A stretch of DNA of 38,669 nucleotides, taken from NCBI GenBank assembly GCA_030614705.1, contig JAUWTN010000003.1, positions 1 to 38,669 on the forward strand, read 5' to 3'. The DNA comes from Candidatus Aenigmatarchaeota archaeon. GTDB lineage: Archaea; Aenigmatarchaeota; Aenigmatarchaeia; QMZS01. The notes under the pieces are model-generated. The model was not told the origin of the DNA. It worked only from the letters and a program-made list of their open reading frames with translations, and did no database searches. Position 1 is the first letter of the stretch; each line of letters opens with the position of its first letter. Shown here in pieces: positions 1 through 9,728 of this stretch. Made by a program: the position numbers and the translations under genes.

Positions 1-249
1 GCAGATCCAACAAAAGATGAAAAAGCTGAATTCGTGGAAGAAATAAACAGAGATAACTGGGAAGAAATTAAGAAATATCTCGGATGTTCAGACGGGACGG
101 ATGTAACCGGGGGTATGATTCATAAAATTGAACAGGGAATTGAACTTGCAAAAGAAGGAGTTGAGATTGAAATCATTAATGGGCTGAAAGAAAGAAATCT
201 CAAAAAATGCTTGCTTGGTGAAAGAATTGGGACTTTGATTAAATGGTGA
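1..249 (+). CDS. ipk: Isopentenyl phosphate kinase, C-terminal part (5' end outside the window)
   Basis: Frame 1 is open from base 1: ADPTKDEKAEFVEEI...DVTGGMIHK...IINGL...GTLI. These are amino-acid-kinase family motifs of the IPK type, next to other mevalonate genes. Confidence 0.85.
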   Translation, partial: ADPTKDEKAEFVEEINRDNWEEIKKYLGCSDGTDVTGGMIHKIEQGIELAKEGVEIEIINGLKERNLKKCLLGERIGTLIKW

Positions 250-364
250 ATTATAGATCTATTGAATATAAAATATTATAATCCATGAAATTACTAAAAT
301 AAGTTACTCGGCAAATGACGAAGTGCATTTCGACATATTTAAAAAGTTTTTTTGAAATATTTCA

Positions 365-583
365 ATGGTGGATTTAAATGAATATAAAGCTCAAAAAATA
401 GATGAACTGCTTGGGGTCAATCCAAGATATCTAAACGAAGTGCCTATATTGAGTCAATGGGGTCTGGATGCAATAAAAACAGCGGAAGGGATTTTAGGAA
501 CTTCTTATAAATCTATGGAAGAATTAACTAAAGACCTAAAAAAATTAAAGTCTGATGTGGAAGACTATCTTCTTTGGGATTAA
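365..583 (+). CDS. Hypothetical protein (72 aa)
   Basis: ATG-started ORF filling the gap between ipk and ubiD, with a TATA-like TATTTAAAAA about 25 nt upstream. No recognisable motif. Confidence 0.6.
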   Translation: MVDLNEYKAQKIDELLGVNPRYLNEVPILSQWGLDAIKTAEGILGTSYKSMEELTKDLKKLKSDVEDYLLWD

Positions 584-603
584 TTTTAAAAATAAGATAT
601 AAT

Positions 604-1893
604 ATGAGGAATTATTTAGAAACTGAAAAAATAAGGGAAATAAAAAAAGAAGTTTCTATTGACTATGAACTTTCTTCCCTTTGCGCCAAAATTGAAGATA
701 AACCAACAATAATCAAACTGAAAGAATATCCAAATGTAAAAGCAGTTGTTGGTCTCTGCGGAAACAGGGATTCCCTTGCAAAAGGAGTTGGAACCACAAA
801 AGAAGAATTAATTTTTAAGATTTCAAAATCAATGGATAAACAGGGGGAACTTTCTGTTTTGGATAACGCACCTTTTCTTGAAAATAAAATAGAAAAACCT
901 GATATTATAAAACACATTCCTGTACCAATTTTTTACAGGGAAAAAGAAAGAAAATATTTTTCATCATCTATGGTAATTGCGAAAAACAAAGAAACCGGAA
1001 AACAGAATATGTCATTTCACAGAATGATGTATCTTGGAGAAAACAGGTTTTCAATTAGGATTACTCCGCGACATCTATATGAATTATTCAACAAAGAATC
1101 CGGTGATTTGGAAGTTGCTGTTGTTATTGGAGTTCATCCCGCTATTGAAATCGCAGCAGCAACATCTTACACCTCGGATTTTGAAGAACTTAAATTTGCA
1201 TCAACTTTATTGGGCGGACTTAAAGTAACCAAAGTCGGCAATTTATTTGTGCCTTCGGAATCTGAAATTGTTTTGCACGGAAGAATAACAAAAAAACTTG
1301 CTGAAGAAGGACCTTTTGTTGATTTAACCGGAACAACAGATATTGAAAGAGAGCAAAATGTTTTTGAATGCGATACTCTATATCATCGGAATGAACCTTA
1401 TTTCAGGGTTATTATTCCCGGGGGACTGGAACACAGAATATTAATGGGTGTGCCTCAGGAACCAAGAATGTATAAAATTATATCAAACACAGTTCCCACA
1501 ATTAAAAATGTTTGTTTAACCGAAGGAGGCTGCTGCTGGCTTCATGGTGTTGTCTCAATCAAGAAGAGAAAAGAAGGTGATGGCAAAAATGCTATTCTTG
1601 CGGCTCTTGCGGCCCACCCCTCAATGAAAAGAGTTGTTGTTGTTGATGAAGATATTGATATTTTTAATCCTCTTGATGTTGAGTGGGCAATTACCACAAG
1701 ATTTCAGCCAGACAGGGATTTAGTTATTGTTCCGGGAGCAAGAGGCTCAAGTCTTGACCCATCCTCTGATTTGGAAAAACACACAACTTCAAAGTGGGGT
1801 TTAGATGCAACAAAACCTCTTGATAAAGATGGAAAATTATTTGAGAAAACTGAACTGCCTTTGGAGTTAAAGAAAGAGGATTATTTGGAATAA
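604..1893 (+). CDS. ubiD: UbiD-family prFMN-dependent decarboxylase, probably trans-anhydromevalonate 5-phosphate decarboxylase
   Basis: UbiD motifs SFHR, EGPFVD, VVVDEDID, VEWAITTR, SSLDPS and GLDATKP. ATG 604 is preferred over TTG 574. Clustered with AcnX, UbiX, MVK and IPK. Confidence 0.9.
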   Translation: MRNYLETEKIREIKKEVSIDYELSSLCAKIEDKPTIIKLKEYPNVKAVVGLCGNRDSLAKGVGTTKEELIFKISKSMDKQGELSVLDNAPFLENKIEKPDIIKHIPVPIFYREKERKYFSSSMVIAKNKETGKQNMSFHRMMYLGENRFSIRITPRHLYELFNKESGDLEVAVVIGVHPAIEIAAATSYTSDFEELKFASTLLGGLKVTKVGNLFVPSESEIVLHGRITKKLAEEGPFVDLTGTTDIEREQNVFECDTLYHRNEPYFRVIIPGGLEHRILMGVPQEPRMYKIISNTVPTIKNVCLTEGGCCWLHGVVSIKKRKEGDGKNAILAALAAHPSMKRVVVVDEDIDIFNPLDVEWAITTRFQPDRDLVIVPGARGSSLDPSSDLEKHTTSKWGLDATKPLDKDGKLFEKTELPLELKKEDYLE

Positions 1894-1895
1894 AC

Positions 1896-2477
1896 TTATT
1901 TCTCAAGAAATATTATTTTATAATTTTTGCCATAGAATTTTTCAGTAAATAATTTTAAAATATTTTTATTTTTTACATAAATAACTGGTGGAAATAGATC
2001 TCTTGAATTTCGGTTATTTATAGAAGCAGATTCTGGTAAAATAAGAATGAAATCGAGATTATTTTCAAATATTTTGGATTTTGTAATGAAACCTTTGTCC
2101 CCAACCAAATTTCCTATTTTTGAAAGAAAATTAAACAATAGGGTATAAAAAATAACACCACCGAGGTAATAATTTTGATAATCTATTTCATCTTTCTCAA
2201 TGATATGATTAACCGCTTTTAGTAATTTTGATAATATTTTGTTTTCTGTTATAATGGTATGGCTGTCTATTCCAGAATCCAAACTTGTAACTTCGATTAA
2301 TATTTTCTCATCATCTATTCTAAAATCAAATGTTTTCTTATCCTTTCTTTCGGGTATTTTTACCGCCTGACCTATTGGTTTAAAAATTTCAATAATTTCA
2401 TCTTCATTTGAAGGTGATAATATTTTAGTTTTCTGGAAATCTTCATATTTTTTAAGTTTCTCTAAATCAACTTTCAT
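1896..2477 (-). CDS. Hypothetical protein, possible PD-(D/E)xK nuclease-like fold
   Basis: 193-aa ORF exactly filling the gap. KTFDFRIDDEKILIEVTSL resembles a degenerate PD...ExK motif. Confidence 0.6.
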   Translation of the reverse strand: MKVDLEKLKKYEDFQKTKILSPSNEDEIIEIFKPIGQAVKIPERKDKKTFDFRIDDEKILIEVTSLDSGIDSHTIITENKILSKLLKAVNHIIEKDEIDYQNYYLGGVIFYTLLFNFLSKIGNLVGDKGFITKSKIFENNLDFILILPESASINNRNSRDLFPPVIYVKNKNILKLFTEKFYGKNYKIIFLEK

Positions 2478-2500
2478 AAAATACTAAAATACAATTAATT

Positions 2501-3697
2501 ATGTACCTGACAAATGAAGAAGAATTAATGCTTAAAGGAAGACAGGGGGCTGTTGTGGGGAAATGCATGAAACTGCTTGTTCGGCTTGGCGAGATTTACG
2601 GGGCAGATAAAATGATAAATATTTCATCCTCGCAGGCATCAGGGGTTTCCTATAAATCAATCGGTGATCCGGGTCTTGAGTTTCTTAATGGATTTGCTGA
2701 TGAAGGGGCGAAAGTTAGAGTGCCCACATTTCTTAATCCCGCGGGAATGGATCTTGAAAACTGGAAAGAACTTGGAATCTCCGAAACATTTGCGAAAAAG
2801 CAAATGGAAATAATTTCAGCATTCAGGAAAATGAATGTTGTAACAACCTGTTCATGTACGCCTTATTTATTTGGCAATCTTCCTGGATTTGGAGAACACC
2901 TTGCGTGGAGCGAGTCTTCTGCAGTGTCATTTGCGAATTCTGTAATAGGGGCGAGGACAAACAGGGAAGGAGGTCCCTCAGCACTGGCTGCAGGAATCAC
3001 AGGAAGAACTGCAAATTATGGGCTTCATCTTGAAGAAAACAGGAAGCCGGATTTCTTGATAAATTTAAGTGTTGATTTGAAAACAAGTTCTGATTTTGGG
3101 GCTCTTGGGTATTTTATCGGGAAAATTGTGAAAAACAAAATTCCTTTTTTTGAAGGAATCAAAGAATGCAACACAGATAATTTAAAATTCCTTGGGGCTG
3201 CAATGGCTGCGTCAGGGGCTGTTGCTTTATATCACGTTAAAGATAAAACTCCGGAAGCAAAAAATTATGAATCAATTGCTAACACACTTGAAAAAATTGA
3301 ATACTCAGCAGAAGATTTGAAAAAAAGTTATGAAGAACTTACAGACAGTTCTGAACCTGATTTAATTGTTATTGGTTGTCCACACGCATCAATTTCCGAG
3401 ATAGAACTTCTTGCGGAAAAGTTGAAAAATAAAAAACTTGAAAAAGAATTCTGGGTATGCACCTCAAAGTCCATAAAAACCTGGGCGGACAGGATGGGTT
3501 ACACAAAGATAATTAATGATGCTGGGGCAAAGATTGTGTGCGATACCTGCATGGTTGTTTCCCCTCTTGAAGAAACTGATTATAAATGCATTGGAACAAA
3601 TTCAGGGAAAGCCGCAAAATACATTCCGGGATTTTGCAAAAAGAAAGTATTTTTTGGGGATTTAAACACTTTGATTGAAAAAGGTTTAGGAAAATGA
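2501..3697 (+). CDS. acnX: Aconitase X large (catalytic) subunit, putative phosphomevalonate dehydratase large subunit
   Basis: AcnX/DUF521 motifs SGVSY, LNPAG, CSCTPY, AWSESSAV, NSVIGARTNREG, IGCPH, DTCMVV and TNSGKAA. Confidence 0.92.
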   Translation: MYLTNEEELMLKGRQGAVVGKCMKLLVRLGEIYGADKMINISSSQASGVSYKSIGDPGLEFLNGFADEGAKVRVPTFLNPAGMDLENWKELGISETFAKKQMEIISAFRKMNVVTTCSCTPYLFGNLPGFGEHLAWSESSAVSFANSVIGARTNREGGPSALAAGITGRTANYGLHLEENRKPDFLINLSVDLKTSSDFGALGYFIGKIVKNKIPFFEGIKECNTDNLKFLGAAMAASGAVALYHVKDKTPEAKNYESIANTLEKIEYSAEDLKKSYEELTDSSEPDLIVIGCPHASISEIELLAEKLKNKKLEKEFWVCTSKSIKTWADRMGYTKIINDAGAKIVCDTCMVVSPLEETDYKCIGTNSGKAAKYIPGFCKKKVFFGDLNTLIEKGLGK

Positions 3698-4095
3698 GAG
3701 CAATAAAAACGAGGGGGATTTCAGAAGGAACTGGAAAAGGGGAGCTTATAATTTTGAAAGAACCTTTTGGGTTCTACGGGAACATTGACCCGAAAACAGG
3801 AATCATAATTGAAAAAGGAAATCCTCTTGAAGGGGTCTGCATAAAAGACAAGATTTTTGTTTTTCCAAATGGGAAAGGAAGCACAGTTGGGTCTTATGTG
3901 ATTTACGGACTGAAAAAGAATGGGGTTGCTCCATCCGCAATAATCAATCTTGAAACAGAAACCATTGTTGCAACCGGGGTAATTTTAGCGGGGATTCCCT
4001 GCGTTGATAAACCAGATGAAAACATTATTGAAACACTGAAAGATGGTGATGTTGTTGAAGTTGACGGGGATAAAGGAGAGATTAGAATATTATAA
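3694..4095 (+). CDS. Aconitase X small (swivel, DUF126) subunit, putative phosphomevalonate dehydratase small subunit
   Basis: Motifs IDPKTG, FPNGKGSTVGSY and AGIP. ATGA overlap with the large subunit. Confidence 0.92.
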   Translation: MRAIKTRGISEGTGKGELIILKEPFGFYGNIDPKTGIIIEKGNPLEGVCIKDKIFVFPNGKGSTVGSYVIYGLKKNGVAPSAIINLETETIVATGVILAGIPCVDKPDENIIETLKDGDVVEVDGDKGEIRIL

Positions 4096-4154
4096 ACAAA
4101 ATAGTAAAAAATAGAAACTTTATTTCAGTAAATATTTAACAATTAACTTAAAAA

Positions 4155-4883
4155 TTATCTGTTTCTAAGTTTAGCCAACAATCTTAAGATTTCAAGATAC
4201 AGCCAGATTAAAGTAACCATCAATCCAAAAGCTCCGTACCATTCCATATATTTTGGGGCTTTGGCTTTTGCCCCGCTTTCAATAAAATCAAAATCCAGAA
4301 CCAAATTTAATGAAGCAATAACTATTACAACCAGACTAAATCCAATTCCTATCAAACCGCTTCCATGTATATAAGGCACACTCATTCCAAAAATACCCAG
4401 CACAAAAGTAAGAATGTATATTAAAAAAACAGCTCCTGTGGCTGCGACAACCCCCAGTCTGAAATTCTCAGTTACTTTTATCAATCTTGATTTATAAGCT
4501 GTAAGCAGACAAAAAAGCGTGCCAAATGTCAACAATACCGCTTGAATTACTATTCCCGGATAGGCTTGCTCCATTATGGCTGAAATTGCCCCGAGAAACA
4601 ATCCTTCAAAAAGCGCATAAACAGGGGCAGTATAACCAGACAAATGTTTTTTGAAAATTGTTATTATCGCAGTTATGAGACCTCCAATTAACCCCACGAT
4701 TAAAAGAATTGAAAATAATTCTGGATGATTCCAGCTCCATATAGAAGTTGCTACTGTAAGCAATAATAAAAAATAGGTTTTGTTCACAGTTCCATTAATT
4801 GTCATTGCTCGTTTTGAAGAAGAAAAACCTTCTCTTGAAAATACCTTATCATTCTTTAAAACTGGATTTCCGGAACGCATCAT
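4155..4883 (-). CDS. Bax inhibitor-1/YccA-family membrane protein
   Basis: About 7 hydrophobic segments, with MRSGNP, MTINGTVNKT, LVLDFDFIE and EWYGAFGLMVTLIWLYLEILRLL. Confidence 0.88.
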   Translation of the reverse strand: MMRSGNPVLKNDKVFSREGFSSSKRAMTINGTVNKTYFLLLLTVATSIWSWNHPELFSILLIVGLIGGLITAIITIFKKHLSGYTAPVYALFEGLFLGAISAIMEQAYPGIVIQAVLLTFGTLFCLLTAYKSRLIKVTENFRLGVVAATGAVFLIYILTFVLGIFGMSVPYIHGSGLIGIGFSLVVIVIASLNLVLDFDFIESGAKAKAPKYMEWYGAFGLMVTLIWLYLEILRLLAKLRNR

Positions 4884-4948
4884 TATTATATAAGGTAAAA
4901 CTAAAAGATTGTAAGGAATTTATTATAAATTCGTTTCCAGTTCATATT

Positions 4949-5506
4949 ATGACAAAAACCTATATTGTTGGGATTACAGGAGCAAGCGGAGTAATTATCG
5001 GGAAACGATTAGTTGAACTATTGTCAAAAGAAAATAAAGTTTATGTCATTATTTCAGATGCGGCAAAGCTGGTTGCAAAATATGAACTTAAGGAAGAAAT
5101 TAAATTTGAGAACTCAGAGAATATTATTGTTTACGGAGAAAAAGAATTTGACGCCAACATAGCATCAGGAAGTTTCAAAACCGAAGGCATGATAATTGCG
5201 CCCTGCACAATGAAAACCGTATCCGCAATTGCAAACGGATTCTCGCACAATTTAATTGCAAGGGCTGCGGATGTTTGCATAAAGGAAAAAAGAAAACTTG
5301 TTATTGTTCCCCGGGAAAATCCATTAAGCGAAATCCATCTTGAAAATTTATTAAAACTTGCAAGACTTAATGCTTATATTGTTCCACCATTAGTTCAGTT
5401 TTATTCCTCTGAAACAAAAGAAGAATTAATTGATTATATTTGCGGGAAAGTTTTTGATTGTTTTGGAATTGAACATGAATTGTATAAAGAATGGTCTGGA
5501 AATTGA
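4949..5506 (+). CDS. ubiX: Flavin prenyltransferase UbiX
   Basis: Motifs IVGITGASG, IASGS, IAPCTMKT, RAADV-KE and PRENPL. The true start is taken as ATG 4949 (MTKTYIVG) rather than 4799. Confidence 0.93.
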   Translation: MTKTYIVGITGASGVIIGKRLVELLSKENKVYVIISDAAKLVAKYELKEEIKFENSENIIVYGEKEFDANIASGSFKTEGMIIAPCTMKTVSAIANGFSHNLIARAADVCIKEKRKLVIVPRENPLSEIHLENLLKLARLNAYIVPPLVQFYSSETKEELIDYICGKVFDCFGIEHELYKEWSGN

Positions 5507-5552
5507 TTGTAAATATGCAAAAAGAATCCCTTAGAAAGAAAATTAATTAATT

Positions 5553-6506
5553 ATGATACAAACATCTGCCCCGGGAAATATTTTCCTTTTTGGAGAACAC
5601 GCTGTGGTTTATAACAGACCCGGAATTATCTCCGCAATAGGTTTAAGAACTTACTGCGAAATTGAAAAAAATGAAGATTCTCTTGTAAATATTTATTCTG
5701 ATGGTTACGGGGAATTCAGCGCAAAAATAGAAGACTTAAAACAAGTTGGCAATTACGCGGAAAGAATTGATTTAATCTGCGATTTGATTTCAACTTATTA
5801 CCGAAAATTTAAAATCAATGATGGTGTGACTTTAAAAATCACATCTGAGATTCCAAAAGATTCCGGGGGGATGAGTTCATCAACAGCGGTTTTGTGTTCG
5901 GTCTTTGAGGGTTTAAATAAAATATTTCAGAAAGTTGATAAAAAAGATTATTATGAATTTCTGCTTCCTTTCCAGAAAAAAATTCACGGTGGAAGTGCTT
6001 CAGGGGTTGAACTTTTCTCATCAACTTTCGGGGGTTATAATAAAGTAAGAATTGATCCGGTCAGATGCGAAAATCTTGGAGAACTTAAATTACCAATATT
6101 GATTGCGGATACTGAAATTGAAGCAAAAACTTCTGAGACAGTTCCTTATGTAAGGGCGGGATGGGAAAAAGACAAAAACAGTTATGAAGATATTTTTTAT
6201 CGCATCAGGCAACTTGTTGAAGAAGGAGAAAAAGCAATTAAAAATCATGACCTTGTTGTGCTTGGAAACCTGATGACAAAAAATCATGAAATTCTTGCAA
6301 AAGACCTCGGAGTATCTCATCCTAAACTGAACAAAATAGTAAAGATTGCCCTTGAAAACGGAGCTTATGGGGCAAAACTCTCCGGTGGGGGGAAAGGCGG
6401 GGCTGCGATTATTCTGGTCAGCAAAGATAAAGAAGATAAAATAATCGAAAAACTTGATTTCTGTAAAATCTATAAAACAGAGATTGGGGTTAATGGGTGC
6501 AAATAA
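5553..6506 (+). CDS. mvk: Mevalonate kinase (GHMP family)
   Basis: Motifs APGNIFLFGEHAVVY, IPKDSGGMSSSTA, HGGSASG and GAKLSGGGKGG. Confidence 0.88.
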   Translation: MIQTSAPGNIFLFGEHAVVYNRPGIISAIGLRTYCEIEKNEDSLVNIYSDGYGEFSAKIEDLKQVGNYAERIDLICDLISTYYRKFKINDGVTLKITSEIPKDSGGMSSSTAVLCSVFEGLNKIFQKVDKKDYYEFLLPFQKKIHGGSASGVELFSSTFGGYNKVRIDPVRCENLGELKLPILIADTEIEAKTSETVPYVRAGWEKDKNSYEDIFYRIRQLVEEGEKAIKNHDLVVLGNLMTKNHEILAKDLGVSHPKLNKIVKIALENGAYGAKLSGGGKGGAAIILVSKDKEDKIIEKLDFCKIYKTEIGVNGCK

Positions 6507-6579
6507 TTCATCACAAAATACCTATTAATGCAATAAATCAGAATTACTGAAAAATTAAAGATTGATTCCTTTATAGATT

Positions 6580-7197
6580 ATGTCCTACTCTTTTGACTAT
6601 GATTTGGGGAAACTTCCAAGAGAATTTTTTAGAGAAATCGCTAAAATCGTTGATAATCAAAAACTGCACAGAAAAATGGGCGGGGTCTCAAAATTAATTG
6701 TTAAGAGATTTGGGGTTGATAATCTTCTTGGAATTCAGGTTGAAGATGCAATTTCAATTGTTGAAGATTTGATAGAAGTAAACCTCAACACTGCAATTAT
6801 CCGGGAAAAATTCAAAGGTGAAAAAGAAAAAGTTTTACTGTTGCCTCACTGCTGCAGGAAATATATGGACTCAAGATGCAAAGCAAAAGTTGAAGAAGAA
6901 GTTTCTTCTTATTTATGCGCGCACTGTTCAGAAGATTGTCTTGCAAATAAAGCAACAAAACTTGGGGAATCAAAAGGATACAAAGTATTCATCCTTCCAG
7001 GCGGGAGTTGCATTAAAAAAATTCTGGATAAAAGAAATTGTGAAGTGGTTTTTGCAATTGCATGTCCCGAAGAAATAACTATGTGCGTTGAACTTGTAGA
7101 AAGTAAAGGGAAATCCTGCATCGGAGTGCCCCTTACAAAAAACGGGTGCTCAAATACAAAATTCAGCTTGACAACCCTAAAAAAGGCTTTGGTATAG
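6580..7197 (+). CDS. DUF116-like Cys-rich protein (copy 1)
   Basis: LLLPHCCR...CKA...CAHCSEDC...PGGS...AIACP...GC pattern. Confidence 0.78.
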   Translation: MSYSFDYDLGKLPREFFREIAKIVDNQKLHRKMGGVSKLIVKRFGVDNLLGIQVEDAISIVEDLIEVNLNTAIIREKFKGEKEKVLLLPHCCRKYMDSRCKAKVEEEVSSYLCAHCSEDCLANKATKLGESKGYKVFILPGGSCIKKILDKRNCEVVFAIACPEEITMCVELVESKGKSCIGVPLTKNGCSNTKFSLTTLKKALV

Positions 7198-7225
7198 AAA
7201 CAATAAAAATGAATACTACCTAATT

Positions 7226-7843
7226 ATGTCATACTCTTTCAATTATGATTTAGGGAAACTTCCAAGAGAATTTTTCAGGGATGTTGCTAAATTAGTGGAT
7301 AAACGGGATTTACACAAAAAAGCCGGGGGTTTATCTAAATTCCTTGTTAAAAAATTTAAGGTTGATGAAACCCTGGGAATAAACTCAAAAGACGCAATTT
7401 CAATTGTTGAAGATTTGACAAAAGTTTATGTAAAAAATATGATTTATGCGGAAGATTTCAAAAAAGCAAAAGTGAAAATCCTGCTGTTGCCTCACTGCTG
7501 CAGGAAATATATAGATTTTAGATGTAAAGCAAAATTTGACCCAAAATATTCCTCTTATTCCTGCGCTCACTGTTCCAAAGACTGCCCTGCAAATAAAGCA
7601 ACAATACTTGGTGAATCCAAAGGTTATCGGGTGTTTATTCTTGCCGGGGGAAGTTGCATTAAAAAAATTCTGGATAAAGTAAAATGTGATGCTGTTCTTG
7701 GGATTGCCTGTCCTGAAGAATTAAAACTTGGGATAAAATTTGTTGAAAGTAAAAATAAAATTGTAAAAATTGTAGTACTTACAAAAAACGGATGTTTAAA
7801 CACAGAATTTAATATTGATAGCCTGAAAAAGGAACTTGTTTGA
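7226..7843 (+). CDS. DUF116-like Cys-rich protein (copy 2, tandem paralog)
   Basis: Same length (205 aa) and same Cys pattern as copy 1. Identical DNA blocks such as CTGTTGCCTCACTGCTGCAGGAAATATAT. Confidence 0.78.
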   Translation: MSYSFNYDLGKLPREFFRDVAKLVDKRDLHKKAGGLSKFLVKKFKVDETLGINSKDAISIVEDLTKVYVKNMIYAEDFKKAKVKILLLPHCCRKYIDFRCKAKFDPKYSSYSCAHCSKDCPANKATILGESKGYRVFILAGGSCIKKILDKVKCDAVLGIACPEELKLGIKFVESKNKIVKIVVLTKNGCLNTEFNIDSLKKELV

Positions 7844-7873
7844 ACTATTTAAAATTTAAGATTGCATTACTTT

Positions 7874-8296
7874 ATGGTATATAAACCCGATTGTACGCAT
7901 GCTTTTCATGAACTAAACCGATTAAATTTTATTGCAAGAGTGTATTTAGCAAGTAAATCTTCTTTAGAAGAATTTAAAGAATCTGTTGAAGAAATTGATT
8001 CAAACAGATATATTAGCGATATACTTAAGTACCTTGATGACAATAATTCTGAACTTGCTAAAATGGAGAAAAGTCTAAGAGACCGCATAGCAAGTGAATA
8101 TGAACCCTTTCAATATCCTGAAAATTTTGAAGAAAATCTTAGGGATATTTTCGGAAAGATAACCAAACTAAGTGAAGGAAAACTTCCTGAGGCTGTAAAA
8201 ATATCATATAATGATTTACTAAACTTGCAGAAGATTATACAACCCGTTTACGATGATATTTACAAAAACCCGGATTATTGCTCTACTTTTCTCTAA
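7874..8296 (+). CDS. Hypothetical protein
   Basis: ORF filling the gap. ATG 7874 is preferred over TTG 7862. Helical and acidic, no motif. Confidence 0.6.
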   Translation: MVYKPDCTHAFHELNRLNFIARVYLASKSSLEEFKESVEEIDSNRYISDILKYLDDNNSELAKMEKSLRDRIASEYEPFQYPENFEENLRDIFGKITKLSEGKLPEAVKISYNDLLNLQKIIQPVYDDIYKNPDYCSTFL

Positions 8297-8360
8297 AATA
8301 TCCTCTTAACTGATAATTAAACTCCAAATAAGATTCTTAAACTTAATTAATAATTGAATA

Positions 8361-9728
8361 ATGGTTAAAGATGTGCTAATGCATAAATTTGGCGGGGAAA
8401 TCGTTAGTACCCCTAAATATCTTGAAAAAAGCGCTGAGATTATCAAAGATAATCACGAATATGCAAATGTCGCAGTGGTATCTGCTCTAAGAGGGGTTAC
8501 TGAAAGTTTAGCGGAAAAAGGCGGTTATTTTTCAGGAAATGGTTCTGAAGAAGAAATTAACTCTTATATTCAAGAACTCAGGCAAATGCATTATGATATA
8601 ATTAATCCTCTTGGAGAACGAATAATTATTGAAGAAAATCTGGAAAGAAAATTGGAATCTCTTAAATCACATTTTAACAGCATTTATGATTTTGAACATA
8701 TTGACCCTCTAATGAAAGACAAAGTTCTTGTATATGGAGAAGGTCTTTCTTCAGAAATATTCCAAGGCTACTTTTTAGAAAAAGGGTTAAATCCAGAAGT
8801 CCTCACCGGAAAGAAAATTGGAATTATTACAAATAATATTCATGGTGATGCTGATATTGATTGGGAACTCACAAAGAACAATATTGCAAATTATCTAAAA
8901 CCTCTGCTTGAAGAAGGGATTACTCCAATTGTGACGGGATTTGATGGAAAAACCACTGAAGGAAAAATAACAACTCTTGGACGGGGCGGATCAGATACCA
9001 CTGCCTGTGCAATCGGACGCGACCTGAAGGCAAAGGAAATCAATTTATACAAAACAACAAAAGGGGTTACAACCGCAGATCCAAAAATAGTTGGAGAAAA
9101 AGTGAGAACAATCCCTTTTTTAAATTATTACGAAGCAATGGAAGCCGGAAAAATAATTCACAGGAAAGGCGTAAAGCATGCTAGAAAAGGAGAAATCCCC
9201 ATAACCGTCAGATATATCTCAGACCCTGAAATAAAAACTGTAATTAATGGAAACAAAAATGTTGAGAAAGGCGTAAAATTAATTACCCGCGAAGATGGTT
9301 GTTATATTATTGAAATCTACGATCCAGAAATGGCTGAAAAAAAAGGTCAGCTTGGATATCTAAGTGATATGATGGCTGACAATGGGATTAACCTTAAACT
9401 AGCAAGGGATGGTTTCAACAGCTTGACTTTCGTGCCGGATAGCAATACAACTAAAGAATCCATCAAAGCGGTAAAAAAAACACTTGAAGAAGAATATGAT
9501 TCTGTAATTATAATCCCTGAGGTGTCCATACTCAGAGCCATTGGAAACCTGGGTTATGCCTGGCGTCAAAGCGCTCAGTTCAATGAAATTATAGATGAAA
9601 ACACAAATCAAAAAGAAACCTGCCTTGGATCTTATCCTTATGAATATACCTGGGGTCTTGATGGGGTGGTGCCGGATTCAAAATCAGAAGATATAGTCCG
9701 TAGATTACATAAAAATCTAATAGAATAA
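8361..9728 (+). CDS. lysC: Aspartate kinase-like protein with C-terminal ACT-like region (divergent)
   Basis: Motifs HKFGG, VVSAL, PIVTGF, TTLGRGGSDTTA and TADPK. Confidence 0.8.
   Translation: MVKDVLMHKFGGEIVSTPKYLEKSAEIIKDNHEYANVAVVSALRGVTESLAEKGGYFSGNGSEEEINSYIQELRQMHYDIINPLGERIIIEENLERKLESLKSHFNSIYDFEHIDPLMKDKVLVYGEGLSSEIFQGYFLEKGLNPEVLTGKKIGIITNNIHGDADIDWELTKNNIANYLKPLLEEGITPIVTGFDGKTTEGKITTLGRGGSDTTACAIGRDLKAKEINLYKTTKGVTTADPKIVGEKVRTIPFLNYYEAMEAGKIIHRKGVKHARKGEIPITVRYISDPEIKTVINGNKNVEKGVKLITREDGCYIIEIYDPEMAEKKGQLGYLSDMMADNGINLKLARDGFNSLTFVPDSNTTKESIKAVKKTLEEEYDSVIIIPEVSILRAIGNLGYAWRQSAQFNEIIDENTNQKETCLGSYPYEYTWGLDGVVPDSKSEDIVRRLHKNLIE

Noticed and set aside
4799-4948. N-terminal extension of UbiX given in the ORF track
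   Set aside because: It overlaps the divergent YccA-like gene, and UbiX similarity starts at ATG 4949.
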